A stretch of 64,000 nucleotides of DNA from Endomicrobiales bacterium. Lineage in GTDB: Bacteria > Elusimicrobiota > Endomicrobiia > Endomicrobiales > CAWCFT01. Positions within the stretch are counted from its first letter, which is position 1. Each line of letters begins with the position of its first letter. The stretch is from positions 1 through 64,000 of the forward strand of contig CAWCFT010000006.1 of assembly GCA_963794945.1 (NCBI GenBank), in the 5' to 3' direction. This document shows positions 20,708 through 29,881 of this stretch, in pieces. Made by a program: the position numbers and the translations under genes. The notes beneath the pieces are model-generated. The model saw nothing but the letters and a program-made list of their open reading frames with translations. It was not told the DNA's origin and ran no database searches.

Positions 20708-23700
20708 CTATTTAATCACAGCAAGCTTGCCTTTGCTTGTCTCTCCCGTGTTATTATCCCTGATGTAGTACAAATATACTCCGCTGGCTACTGGTTTGCC
20801 GGATTTGTTACTTAAGTCCCACTCGTACCGCTGGTTATTGTCGTTTTTCGTTGTTTCGAACACTTGGTTCCCAGCTATATTGAATATCTGTATCTTTACA
20901 TTGCTTGTCAGGTTGTCAAATACTATCCCGCTTGCTCGCCCATACTTCGCATCCCCCTGCTTGTACGGGTTCGGGTAGACTATCACTGACTGCAGCGATG
21001 AAGCTGGGGTTGGTACTCCCATCAGCCCATATATCGAAAAATGAGGCACCTGTACTGACACTGTCTTGGTTATTTTATTCACCTGCCCGCCATTGCCCAC
21101 TATCCCCCAGGTGTTCTGTCTGCGGGTTGAGCGTGTATATCTTAAGCGTGTCTACCCATACTGGCGGGTTCGTGCCATCCACTACCCCGTCGTTATCGTT
21201 GTCTACATATGGGATCGTGATTGTCAAAGGTCGGCAGGAACGCTGTGTTTGATGCTGTCCCATCCAGGTTATAGCTCTTAAATTCTACAACACTGTTTGC
21301 CACAAGGTTAGTAGCTGTGGGATAAACAGGGCTGGTATTAATGCCTATGTAATTGCTTCCCTGACAAATTGCGCATGATGGAATATTTACCTGAAACGTT
21401 GTGTTCTGACCGTTAGTAGCTGACACTCCGCCCCCAACTGTTCCTATAAACGTTACATTAAAACCCCCTCCAGGAACTTTTACTGTGGTTGAACTGGGTG
21501 TTACACTTAAGTTGCCTGAAGTGTCATAAGCTGTTACTGTATAAGTATACAGCCCCGCTGGTATCACATTTATATCATTTATTCCCAGGGCTGTGGTTGA
21601 TGTCAAAAAGATATTGTTCCTGAAAACACTGTAACCTGCAACACCTGCGTTATCTGTCGCGGCTTCCCAGGACAGGCTTATCTGGCTGGCTGTGGCGTTT
21701 GTTACCTGTGGTCTTCCTGGAGCAGTGGGCGGGATAGTGTCAGCAAGGGTAGTTGTGCTGACAGCTGTACATTGGGCGCTTAGGTTCATTGAAGCGTCGT
21801 ATGCCAGTACGTTGTATGTGTATGTTGTCAATGGCGTGAGCCCTGTATTTGAGTAACTTGTAACTGTTGTTGAAGAAAGGAATAGCCCGTTTCGGAATAC
21901 CTCATAACCTGCCACGCCGACATTATCAGTTGAGGCTGACCAGCTTAGGTTGACCTGTATAGCAGAAGCAGCTACCGCCGCAAGGCCGGTAGGCACTGAT
22001 GGTGCAACGACATCGGCTAATAGTACGATGGAAGTAAATGGGCTGAGCGTTACGCTTCCAGCATAAGCTTTACCTGTTATGTCTGTCATAGGCTGAGCCA
22101 ATGTCACTACGCTGTTAGAAGTTGTATTGTTGTACGCGAATTGGAAATCACTTGCGCTTGGAATAGTTTCTGGAGACCCCTTAGAATTGGCATCCTGGCT
22201 TGAGAAAGCTTGCCATTGAGATAACGTCATATTTACGGCAGAGCCAGATTCCGGCCATTCACGTATTATTGCGCCGTCACCTGTAACAGGTCTTGAATAA
22301 TAATTAGAATTTTGTGTCCCGATATCCTGCGGGTCTGCCGACAAATAATCATACTCCACAGCCAGCTGAGTAGAAGATTTTGAAATAAAAATATTGTTAT
22401 ATATGGCATTATTAACGCTATTTCCATTATGATCATTTTCTAAATACTGGGTTAAGTTATTGAAACAAGTGTTGTAAATCAATGTTGTATTGCCTGCATC
22501 CGTGAAAATTCCGTAATTCGCGTTATTCGCGCAGGTGTTGTAAGATACGGTTGAGTAAACGGTTCCAAAGTCTAAGTAAATACCATTGGCAATGGTCGTC
22601 GTTCCCGGTGTACCATAATAAGCCCCAACCCCATTTAGAACAATGTTCCCTGTTATGATATGGTTTTGAGTGTTGTAAGTGTATATTCCCCCGCCATCAT
22701 CAAGAATAGTGCAAAAGGTGTTCACAAAATTATTTTTTATCAGATTACTCGCGCCGCCTACTGATATCCCGCAGTATCCTGAATTTATAACCGTGTTATT
22801 TTCTATGAACCCGTTTTGTTTATTCGAGACAGATATTCCGTCAAACGCACTTCCTGTATTGCCCATACCCTGGAAAACCCCTGAATTTGTGACAGTGTTG
22901 CCGGTTATGGTAATAATATCAGTATTACCTTGTTGAGGAATAAGAATACCCGAATTATTAGTGTTCGAAATAATATTATTATTAACTGTTAAATTAAGCA
23001 TTTTAAGTTTTATTCCGTATCCTCCGGAATAAAGGATCGAACAATTTTGCACAATCAGGCCGGTATAAATATCGCCCGGCTCACTGTTATATATGGCTGC
23101 TGTATTCGTGCCGGTAAAAGTTAAATTTTGAATAGTTATATAACTGCTGTTAACCGTAAACAAATAATCTACGCTTGCGATATTCACGTTTGACGGCTGT
23201 GAAGCGCTGTACATGTCAAGCTTGCCTGTAGACGAATTGTAATACCAGTCATTCTGGTTTGTCAAACACAACGGGCTGTTTTCAATAAAAAACCCGTAAC
23301 CGTTTGATGGAGCCGCTGATATGGCAGGGCTGAAGTTCAGCGTACCCCCCGTTTGTGATGTAATAGTTGCATAATTGATCTGATACCTGTTAATCCGGAT
23401 TACAACTTCCGCACCGGACCAATTTGGCGTGCCGGTTAAACCAGTTGAGGTTAAAGACGTTTGTGCCGGGATTTGATGTGATATTCAAATATCCGCCGTT
23501 AGCGGCCCCAGCGCTGGGATATCTGCCCATAGCAATATTCACTTCATTAACTGTAACCATATTACAGGTTGCTAATGCTGAAACCGCTCCTGTGCTTTCC
23601 CATATATTACTGCCTAGATTATTCCAGCCGTTAATAGCGGTAAATCCGGAAATTACAGGATTGGCTCCAGATCCGTAAGAACCAAAAGTTATCGGGTTCC

Positions 23701-23944
23701 CGGCTGTCCCGGACTGTGTAATTGTCATTGAGCCGTAAAATACATCTCCACAGTTAAATAGTACCTGATCACCTGGTTGAAGCGTTGCCGCGCTAACTTT
23801 GTTTAAGGTTTTCCATGATAAGGAAGGGCTGGTGCCAGCGTTGGAGTCACTCCCCGAGTTGCTGACATAGTAGGTAGCTGCCATGACAGTTTGGGCTAAA
23901 CAAAGTATAAAAAGGGAGAGTGATATTTTGAGTTTATTTTTCAT
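20708..23944 (-). CDS. Tandem paralogue of 17249-20518 (beta-helix, 2 FN3, T9SS-like CTD); frameshifts near 23460, 21235 and 21115
   Basis: ORF fragments 23390-23944, 21193-23271, 21075-21263 and 20708-21100 align consecutively with the neighbouring paralogue. Confidence 0.85.
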
Positions 23945-24026
23945 AGGCTGAAAATAGATAGGCTAATGTAGTTCTTAAATATGTTTTTACAAACCATTTA
24001 TCTACCCTGTAAATGTCCCTTGTGTT

Positions 24027-24359
24027 TTAAATATTTTTTGTGTAAGCGAATATCTTTATCAGCGGCACGAAAAGGATAAAGCACGACGCAAGCAAAATGC
24101 CGGCCAGATCAATTGCGGAATTAGGCAGGAACAATAGAACAACGCCTCCGGCGACTATCGGGGCCGACCAATACATCAACTGCCTTCCGCCGTATTCGTT
24201 TATCTTGTACCAGTCCTCTTCCGACCGGAACGCCTTTGGAACCCTGATCCCGTACCACCTGTTCATCTTGACCTTTTTTTTGACAAGCGGCAGGCACACC
24301 GCGATCAGTATAAGCCCGGTGCATATATCGGTCAGCCCTATCATAACGTTGTTGGTCAT
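24027..24359 (-). CDS. SdpI family membrane protein
   Basis: NRWYGIRVPKAFRSEEDWYKIN motif between TM helices. Confidence 0.85.
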   Translation of the reverse strand: MTNNVMIGLTDICTGLILIAVCLPLVKKKVKMNRWYGIRVPKAFRSEEDWYKINEYGGRQLMYWSAPIVAGGVVLLFLPNSAIDLAGILLASCFILFVPLIKIFAYTKNI

Positions 24360-24381
24360 TTTACTGCTCGCTCGTTAGTAT

Positions 24382-25185
24382 TTATTTGCTTGCAATAGCT
24401 TTAAAAAATGTGTAAGAGAACGTCCCGTTCTTTCCGGCTGTCTTCGACAGGTCTTTTATTCCCTTGCCCCAGTCGCGCTTGGTTATCAGCCCGGACCCAA
24501 GCGCCTGCTTCTTTGCGCCTTTGACCATGGCGATGAAAGTCTTTTTTGTGAAACCGTCAACCATATTCGGGCGTCCGGAATCGGCGTAAACTACTTTAGG
24601 CTCTACCACGGCTTTTTTAAAACCAGCCTCCACCAGCAGCGGATAAAGCCTGCGGCCGATGAGCGCGTCCCCGCCGGCCTTCGCCTGGGCTCTTATAAGG
24701 CAGTCAATTGTTTTTTGCGCGTACGCGCTTTGCGGATGGTAGTAGGCCGAGCCGTGGTCGCCCTCAATTACGGTTATAGAACCGCCCCTTTTGAGGACTC
24801 TTTTCAAACCATGCAGAGCCTTTACTGGATCTTTCAGGTGTTCAAGGACAAAGCAGATAAACACGTGGTCAAAACTCCCGTCTCTGAACGGAAGCCGGTA
24901 AATGTCCGCCTGCTGGAAAGATACATTTTTTATTTTAAACTTTTTTGCTAACGCTTCCGCTTTCTTAAGCGAAACAGGCGAAATATCTATAGACGTCATA
25001 TCTGCCCACGGGCTGTTCTTGGCGAGTATGACCGTCTGCGCCCCAACCCCGCACCCTGCCTCAAGGAGCTTCGCTCCCCTTGGATAAAAAGTCCCGCAAT
25101 GTAAAAGCCCGGTCAGGGTTGACGCCTGGTCAACCAACCTTTCCGACTCCACCCGGGAATATCCGTGCACATATTTGTGTTTCAT
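24382..25185 (-). CDS. Class I SAM-dependent methyltransferase
   Basis: LEAGCGVG, LPFRDGSFDHV, VLEHL. Confidence 0.92.
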   Translation of the reverse strand: MKHKYVHGYSRVESERLVDQASTLTGLLHCGTFYPRGAKLLEAGCGVGAQTVILAKNSPWADMTSIDISPVSLKKAEALAKKFKIKNVSFQQADIYRLPFRDGSFDHVFICFVLEHLKDPVKALHGLKRVLKRGGSITVIEGDHGSAYYHPQSAYAQKTIDCLIRAQAKAGGDALIGRRLYPLLVEAGFKKAVVEPKVVYADSGRPNMVDGFTKKTFIAMVKGAKKQALGSGLITKRDWGKGIKDLSKTAGKNGTFSYTFFKAIASK

Positions 25186-25197
25186 TTTCCAATAATA

Positions 25198-25575
25198 TTA
25201 TTCAAAGTACCTGAGAAAATTCTTTACAGCCGTGACCAATTGTTTAAGGTCTACTGGTTTTGGAATGTATTCTGCCACGTATTGCCTGAACTCTTTCATT
25301 TTCTCTGACCGGGAGCCGCTGTTTGCCGTAAGTAATATGATCACCGCATTATCACCATACCCTCGTTTAATAATCTCTCCTATAGTTTCCCAACCGTCCA
25401 TTTCGGGCATGTGCACGTCCATCAGTACAACGCCGTTAAACCCTTTCTCAAAGTATTCGAGGCATTGTTTGCCGCCGGACGCCGCCACCGCCTCCAACCC
25501 ATTCTTCGCGAAATGCCGGGTTATAGCGTTCCTTATTTCATCCTCATCATCAACAACCATCACGCCTTTGGCCAT
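25198..25575 (-). CDS. Stand-alone response regulator receiver
   Basis: VVDDE, MDVHMP, LTA, KPV. Confidence 0.9.
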   Translation of the reverse strand: MAKGVMVVDDEDEIRNAITRHFAKNGLEAVAASGGKQCLEYFEKGFNGVVLMDVHMPEMDGWETIGEIIKRGYGDNAVIILLTANSGSRSEKMKEFRQYVAEYIPKPVDLKQLVTAVKNFLRYFE

Positions 25576-25659
25576 TATTGCCGTCCTTAACACGATATTT
25601 GAAAGTACAAGTAGCTTAAATGAAATCCCGGGAGCGGGACGCGGATTTTACGATGTTTA

Positions 25660-26340
25660 TTAATACTCTTCCCTTTCCAGTTCATTGCCTTCTTTGTCGT
25701 ATTTTACCCGCAGTCCGCTGTCGGGGCCCGAGCTGTAATCTATCACACCGTCGGGCATCAGCACCAGTTTGTCTTTAAGTGGTATGCTTACGCCGTCGTA
25801 GTAGCTGAGGTTAAAGAGTTTTACGGGCTCGTTGATATTTTCGTAGACCGTTTTATTTCTGTTCTTGTCCCAGTAGTATTTTTTCATGGCGTACGCCCCC
25901 GATGAAACAAGGCTGCCGTCTCTAGTGCTGTAAATTTCGCACAGATACACATTTTTCTCTTTGCCAAGAGCTTCGCATTTTGCCCACACCAGGCCGTCAA
26001 CGCTGCTGATCATTTCCGCTTCATAGGGCACTGAGCAGGCCAGAAGCTTCATGCCTTTGTCCAGGTATATCGTGTCGCCGTCATATTTAACTACCCTGGG
26101 GGTCAGGTCCTGCTGGTCCCTGCGCCAGTTCTTGTAAGGGAGCATATAGGTTTGCTCTTTAATAAATTTCTTTTCTTTACTGTATATCTTGATGCTGTAA
26201 AGGCCCTGGTTTACCAGATAGCACTTCAGCCAGTGGTCACCGCACAGCTTCGCGTCCGCGGGAAGCCTGTTTGCCTGAAAAATAATGATAGTGGCAAACG
26301 TTATGGAAAATAATGCCAGAAAACCTATATTTTTGATCAT
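25660..26340 (-). CDS. Hypothetical exported or membrane-anchored protein
   Basis: N-terminal hydrophobic segment; 226 aa; no family recognised. Confidence 0.6.
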   Translation of the reverse strand: MIKNIGFLALFSITFATIIIFQANRLPADAKLCGDHWLKCYLVNQGLYSIKIYSKEKKFIKEQTYMLPYKNWRRDQQDLTPRVVKYDGDTIYLDKGMKLLACSVPYEAEMISSVDGLVWAKCEALGKEKNVYLCEIYSTRDGSLVSSGAYAMKKYYWDKNRNKTVYENINEPVKLFNLSYYDGVSIPLKDKLVLMPDGVIDYSSGPDSGLRVKYDKEGNELEREEY

Positions 26341-26367
26341 GTTGTAATTGTGCCTGCATTCGCCCCC

Positions 26368-27174
26368 TCATCCCCGCCTTTTTCCGGTTGGGGTTGTGGC
26401 GAAGGAGGCATGGGAACGTTTGAAACTGCTTGGTTCTGACTTCCCGGCGGCTCGTTTGGCGGCCTTTCTGGCTGCACTTTGGTATTTTTTGAGGGCTTGT
26501 TTCCAAGCCTTCTTGATGTCAGCTATGTAGGCGTTAACAGTGGCCTCATTTTCGATGGTTGCTTCTATTTTCATTTTAGTATCTATGCCATTCTTTGTTG
26601 ATTTAACAATGTATTTCTCATTATCTTTCTGACCCTCGGACTCGAGTCCGACCCCCGGCCTGGACGCCTGATCAATTGTTATATCACCTTTAGCCAGCGC
26701 ATCCTGCTTTTCTTTAGGCGCCTCTGCTATAGCTATGTATCTGCGTACCTGCTTTTCATTTTTGCCTATCAGCCCGCCTATCTTAACGTTCGACTTCCCC
26801 TCATCGCTCAACCGCTTGCAGGCAAACATTATGTCCAGGTTGGTGAGGGTCTTGCGCTTGATGTTCTCTATGAAGTTTAGCCCCAGCACCTCTTCCTCAT
26901 CTGCCTCGGATTCTGGTATTGTCACGGCCAGTATCTTCTCCCAGTTGAGGCTTTGGGCGGCGGCTATCCTGCGCAGCCCGCTCACCGGCACATGTTCTCC
27001 ACTGTTCCTAAGCCAGATAACAATAGGGAACTTCTGGCCTGATTCTGCGAGCGATTTGGCCAGGTTTGCCACGCTTTCTGCCGTGATCTCTTTGCGGAAC
27101 TGGAACATCTTGTTTTGGGCGTTGATCTGAGAGATGGCCACCCACTGAGCCTGGTACTTTGACAGATCGATCAT
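26368..27174 (-). CDS. ParB/Srx N-terminal domain plus HTH protein
   Basis: LAKSLAESGQKFPI, SGLRRIAAA, ENIKR..L, HTH 'SNVKIGGLIGKNEKQVRRY'. Confidence 0.8.
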   Translation of the reverse strand: MIDLSKYQAQWVAISQINAQNKMFQFRKEITAESVANLAKSLAESGQKFPIVIWLRNSGEHVPVSGLRRIAAAQSLNWEKILAVTIPESEADEEEVLGLNFIENIKRKTLTNLDIMFACKRLSDEGKSNVKIGGLIGKNEKQVRRYIAIAEAPKEKQDALAKGDITIDQASRPGVGLESEGQKDNEKYIVKSTKNGIDTKMKIEATIENEATVNAYIADIKKAWKQALKKYQSAARKAAKRAAGKSEPSSFKRSHASFATTPTGKRRG

Positions 27175-27197
27175 AAATTTACCCCCTTAATTGAGGC

Positions 27198-27262
27198 AAT
27201 TTCTAAACTACAATTTCGAATTTTGACTATTTTTAGAAACTAGAGATTAGGAATTAGAAATT
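27198..27262. repeat. Heptamer inverted array, family C
   Basis: AATTTCT AAACTAC AATTTCG ... TTAGAAA CTAGAGA TTAGGAA TTAGAAA; overlaps the permease stop. Confidence 0.6.
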
Positions 27263-28332
27263 GACGTATTATTGCCTTCTCCCTTTATAGAAGTATAGCC
27301 GATCAGCCCCAAAAGGACAATAGTGGAGGCAATTCTAACCGCTTGCGGCAGTATCTCACCTGCTTTGCCCACAGTAGTTATTATTTTGTAGCCCATTGCG
27401 AAATAGATATTGTTGAGCAGTAAGCCCATGGCCACAGTGCAAACCGCTACAGAAAGCAGGTAGATCATAACCGACCGCTTGCCAAGAAATTTCCCTATGG
27501 ACAGCACGCTCGCAATATTGGTCGCAGGCCCGGCAAGCAGGAACACAAGGGCAACACCCGGGCTCATCCCCTTGGCTATCAGTGCTGCGGCTATAGGGGT
27601 TGAGGCGCTCGCGCATATGTAGAGCGGCACGCCCGCTGCCAGCATTATAAGCATGGCCTGCCAGCCCGAGCCTAAGTAATACTTTATAAAGTTCTGGGGC
27701 ACAAAATATGATATCACACCGGCTATTATGATGCCTGCGATAAGCCATTTAGATATGTCCCCCAACAGCTCAACGAACGCGTAACGCATACCGCCGGCCA
27801 CCTTCCCCGCGATGCCGTAACGGGCACCCGCGTTACTGTTTTCACTGCAGTCGCCTTCACATGAACACGCGCCCGGCCCGTCCGGCGGCAGAACACCGGT
27901 ATTATCTTTCTTGCCGAATATGTTCTCCGCTGTCCCCGCTATTACAGCCATAACTATAGCCGCCAGAGGCCGGAAGACCGTCATCAGGGGGTCTAAAAGC
28001 GCATATGATATGGCTATGGAATCAAGCCCTGTCTCGGGAGTTGATATCAGGAAAGATAGTGTCGCACCTTTCGAGGCCCCGTGTTTGCGCAGGGACACAG
28101 CTGTTGGTACCACCCCGCAGGAACACAGCGGCAGAGGTATGCCGAACAGTGACGCCAGCAGAACGGACTTAAAACCACCGCCCAGGTATTTTACTATCTT
28201 TTCTTCATCAACGAAGGCGTGTATCAGCCCCGAGACGAACATGCCGAAAAGTATATAGGCCGACGCCTCGTCAAGCGTGTGCCATACCTCCCCAAGCAAA
28301 CCGCTGATAATATTAATAACGTGTGAATTCAT
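27247..28332 (-). CDS. ArsP/DUF318 (SO_0444-type) metal efflux permease
   Basis: PLPLCSCGVVP, STPETGLDS, LYICASASTP, LAGPATN. Confidence 0.92.
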   Translation of the reverse strand: MNSHVINIISGLLGEVWHTLDEASAYILFGMFVSGLIHAFVDEEKIVKYLGGGFKSVLLASLFGIPLPLCSCGVVPTAVSLRKHGASKGATLSFLISTPETGLDSIAISYALLDPLMTVFRPLAAIVMAVIAGTAENIFGKKDNTGVLPPDGPGACSCEGDCSENSNAGARYGIAGKVAGGMRYAFVELLGDISKWLIAGIIIAGVISYFVPQNFIKYYLGSGWQAMLIMLAAGVPLYICASASTPIAAALIAKGMSPGVALVFLLAGPATNIASVLSIGKFLGKRSVMIYLLSVAVCTVAMGLLLNNIYFAMGYKIITTVGKAGEILPQAVRIASTIVLLGLIGYTSIKGEGNNTSISNS

Positions 28333-28359
28333 AGTTGTTTAGATATTCCATTTATCATT

Positions 28360-28503
28360 TCATCCTCACCTCTCGTTGGAGAGGAAAGAGGTGAGGGGCG
28401 GCCTGTAGGTTTTGCCGTATTTTTAGGATTTAGGAATTCGAAATTTGAATTTATTTCGGAGGGTTCGGCATTCATTGATATTCGATGTTGACACTTCGAT
28501 ATC
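28360..28503. repeat. REP-like hairpin plus family C heptamer arrays
   Basis: CCTCACCTCT..AGAGGTGAGG; TTAGGAT TTAGGAA TTCGAAA TTTGAAT; TTGATAT TCGATGT TGACACT TCGATAT. Confidence 0.55.
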
Positions 28504-28515
28504 ATCACGTTCTGC

Positions 28516-29736
28516 CTACTTGGGATTGTTGTTCTTTACCTGCGCGCCCAGCGGGGACATTTCCCTCAGGCGTTTTACAACGGGAGGCAGTATCTTTATA
28601 AGGTAGTCAACATCTTCATCCGTGTTGCTGTGGCCAAACGAGAACCTCACCGTTCCCTGCGCAACTTCCGGCCGCACGCACATAGCCTTAAGCACGTGCG
28701 ATGTCTCGAGCGAGCCTGACGCGCAGGCCGAACCGGTCGAGACCGCGATGCCCTCGATGTCGAGAGAGAGAAGCAGCGACTCGCCTTCAATGAACTCGAA
28801 GCTGATGTTGGAAACTGACGAGACCCTGTTGTCCGGGCTGCCGTTTATCTTGATGTTAGGTATGTTCTCTTTTACCCAACCTTCGAACCTGTCCCTGAGC
28901 TTGCCCACGCGCGCGCCTTCGGCTGCCATCTCCGAAACGCAAAGCCTCAGCGCTTCAGCCATGCCGGCTATACCCGCCACGTTCTCGGTCCCGGCCCTGA
29001 TGTTGCGCTCGTGGTGACCGCCGTGAAGCACAGGGATTATTGGCGTTCCGCGCTTAACATACAGCGCGCCAACACCTTTGGGCCCGTAGAACTTGTGCGC
29101 AGAAATGGAAAGCAGATCAACACCCATCTCCCGCACGTCTATAGGAAGCTTGCCCGCTGACTGCACGGCATCTGAATGGAAATATATTTTTGAAAGTCCC
29201 TGGTCAAAACGCTTTTTGTTCTCCGCCGCGATAAGCCCGCCTATCTCGGCTATGGGCTGGATTGTACCCACCTCGTTGTTGGCGTGCATCACGCTGACGA
29301 GTACAGTTTTGGGGCTGATAGCTTTGGCCACGTCTTCGGGGTTGACCCTTCCCGTAGCGTCCACCGGAAGGTAGGTAACGTTAAACCCCTGCCGCTCCAT
29401 GTACTCTCCTGTGTAGAGCACGGCGTGGTGTTCTATCTCTGTCGTTATAATGTGGTTGCCCTTGTCGCGGTTCGCCATCGCAACGCCTTTTATAGCAAGG
29501 TTATCCGACTCGGTGCCGCAGCCCGTGAAAATTATCTCTTCGGGCTTGGCCGCGTTGAGCAGCTTCGCCACGGTTTCCCTGGCGTCCTCGAGGTGTTTCT
29601 TCGCCTCCTGCCCAAACGTGTGCACTGAGGAAGCGTTGCCGAATATCTCGGAGAACAGCGGAGCCATCGCGAGCGCAGCCTCTTCCCTCATCGGCGTCGT
29701 GGCGTTGTGGTCTAAATATACTTTTCGTTTTTTCAT
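28516..29736 (-). CDS. iscS: Cysteine desulfurase (IscS/NifS group I)
   Basis: YLDHNATT, EHHAV, ANNEVG, SAHKFYGPKG, STGSACASG. Confidence 0.95.
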   Translation of the reverse strand: MKKRKVYLDHNATTPMREEAALAMAPLFSEIFGNASSVHTFGQEAKKHLEDARETVAKLLNAAKPEEIIFTGCGTESDNLAIKGVAMANRDKGNHIITTEIEHHAVLYTGEYMERQGFNVTYLPVDATGRVNPEDVAKAISPKTVLVSVMHANNEVGTIQPIAEIGGLIAAENKKRFDQGLSKIYFHSDAVQSAGKLPIDVREMGVDLLSISAHKFYGPKGVGALYVKRGTPIIPVLHGGHHERNIRAGTENVAGIAGMAEALRLCVSEMAAEGARVGKLRDRFEGWVKENIPNIKINGSPDNRVSSVSNISFEFIEGESLLLSLDIEGIAVSTGSACASGSLETSHVLKAMCVRPEVAQGTVRFSFGHSNTDEDVDYLIKILPPVVKRLREMSPLGAQVKNNNPK

Positions 29737-29754
29737 ATTAACCCCGGTTATACT

Positions 29755-29881
29755 AAGATCAAAAATCAAAAGTTAAATATCAAAATTTAGGTGTCCGCAC
29801 CTGCGGACATATTTAAATAAACCGCCGCACGCGGCACGTTATATTTGATATTTGATCTTTGATATTTGATTTTTAATCTTT
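29755..29881. repeat. Heptamer inverted-array hairpin, family B, with two internal GC hairpins
   Basis: GATCAAA AATCAAA AGTTAAA TATCAAA ... TTTGATA TTTGATC TTTGATA TTTGATT; inner TGTCCGCA-CC-TGCGGACA. Confidence 0.8.
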
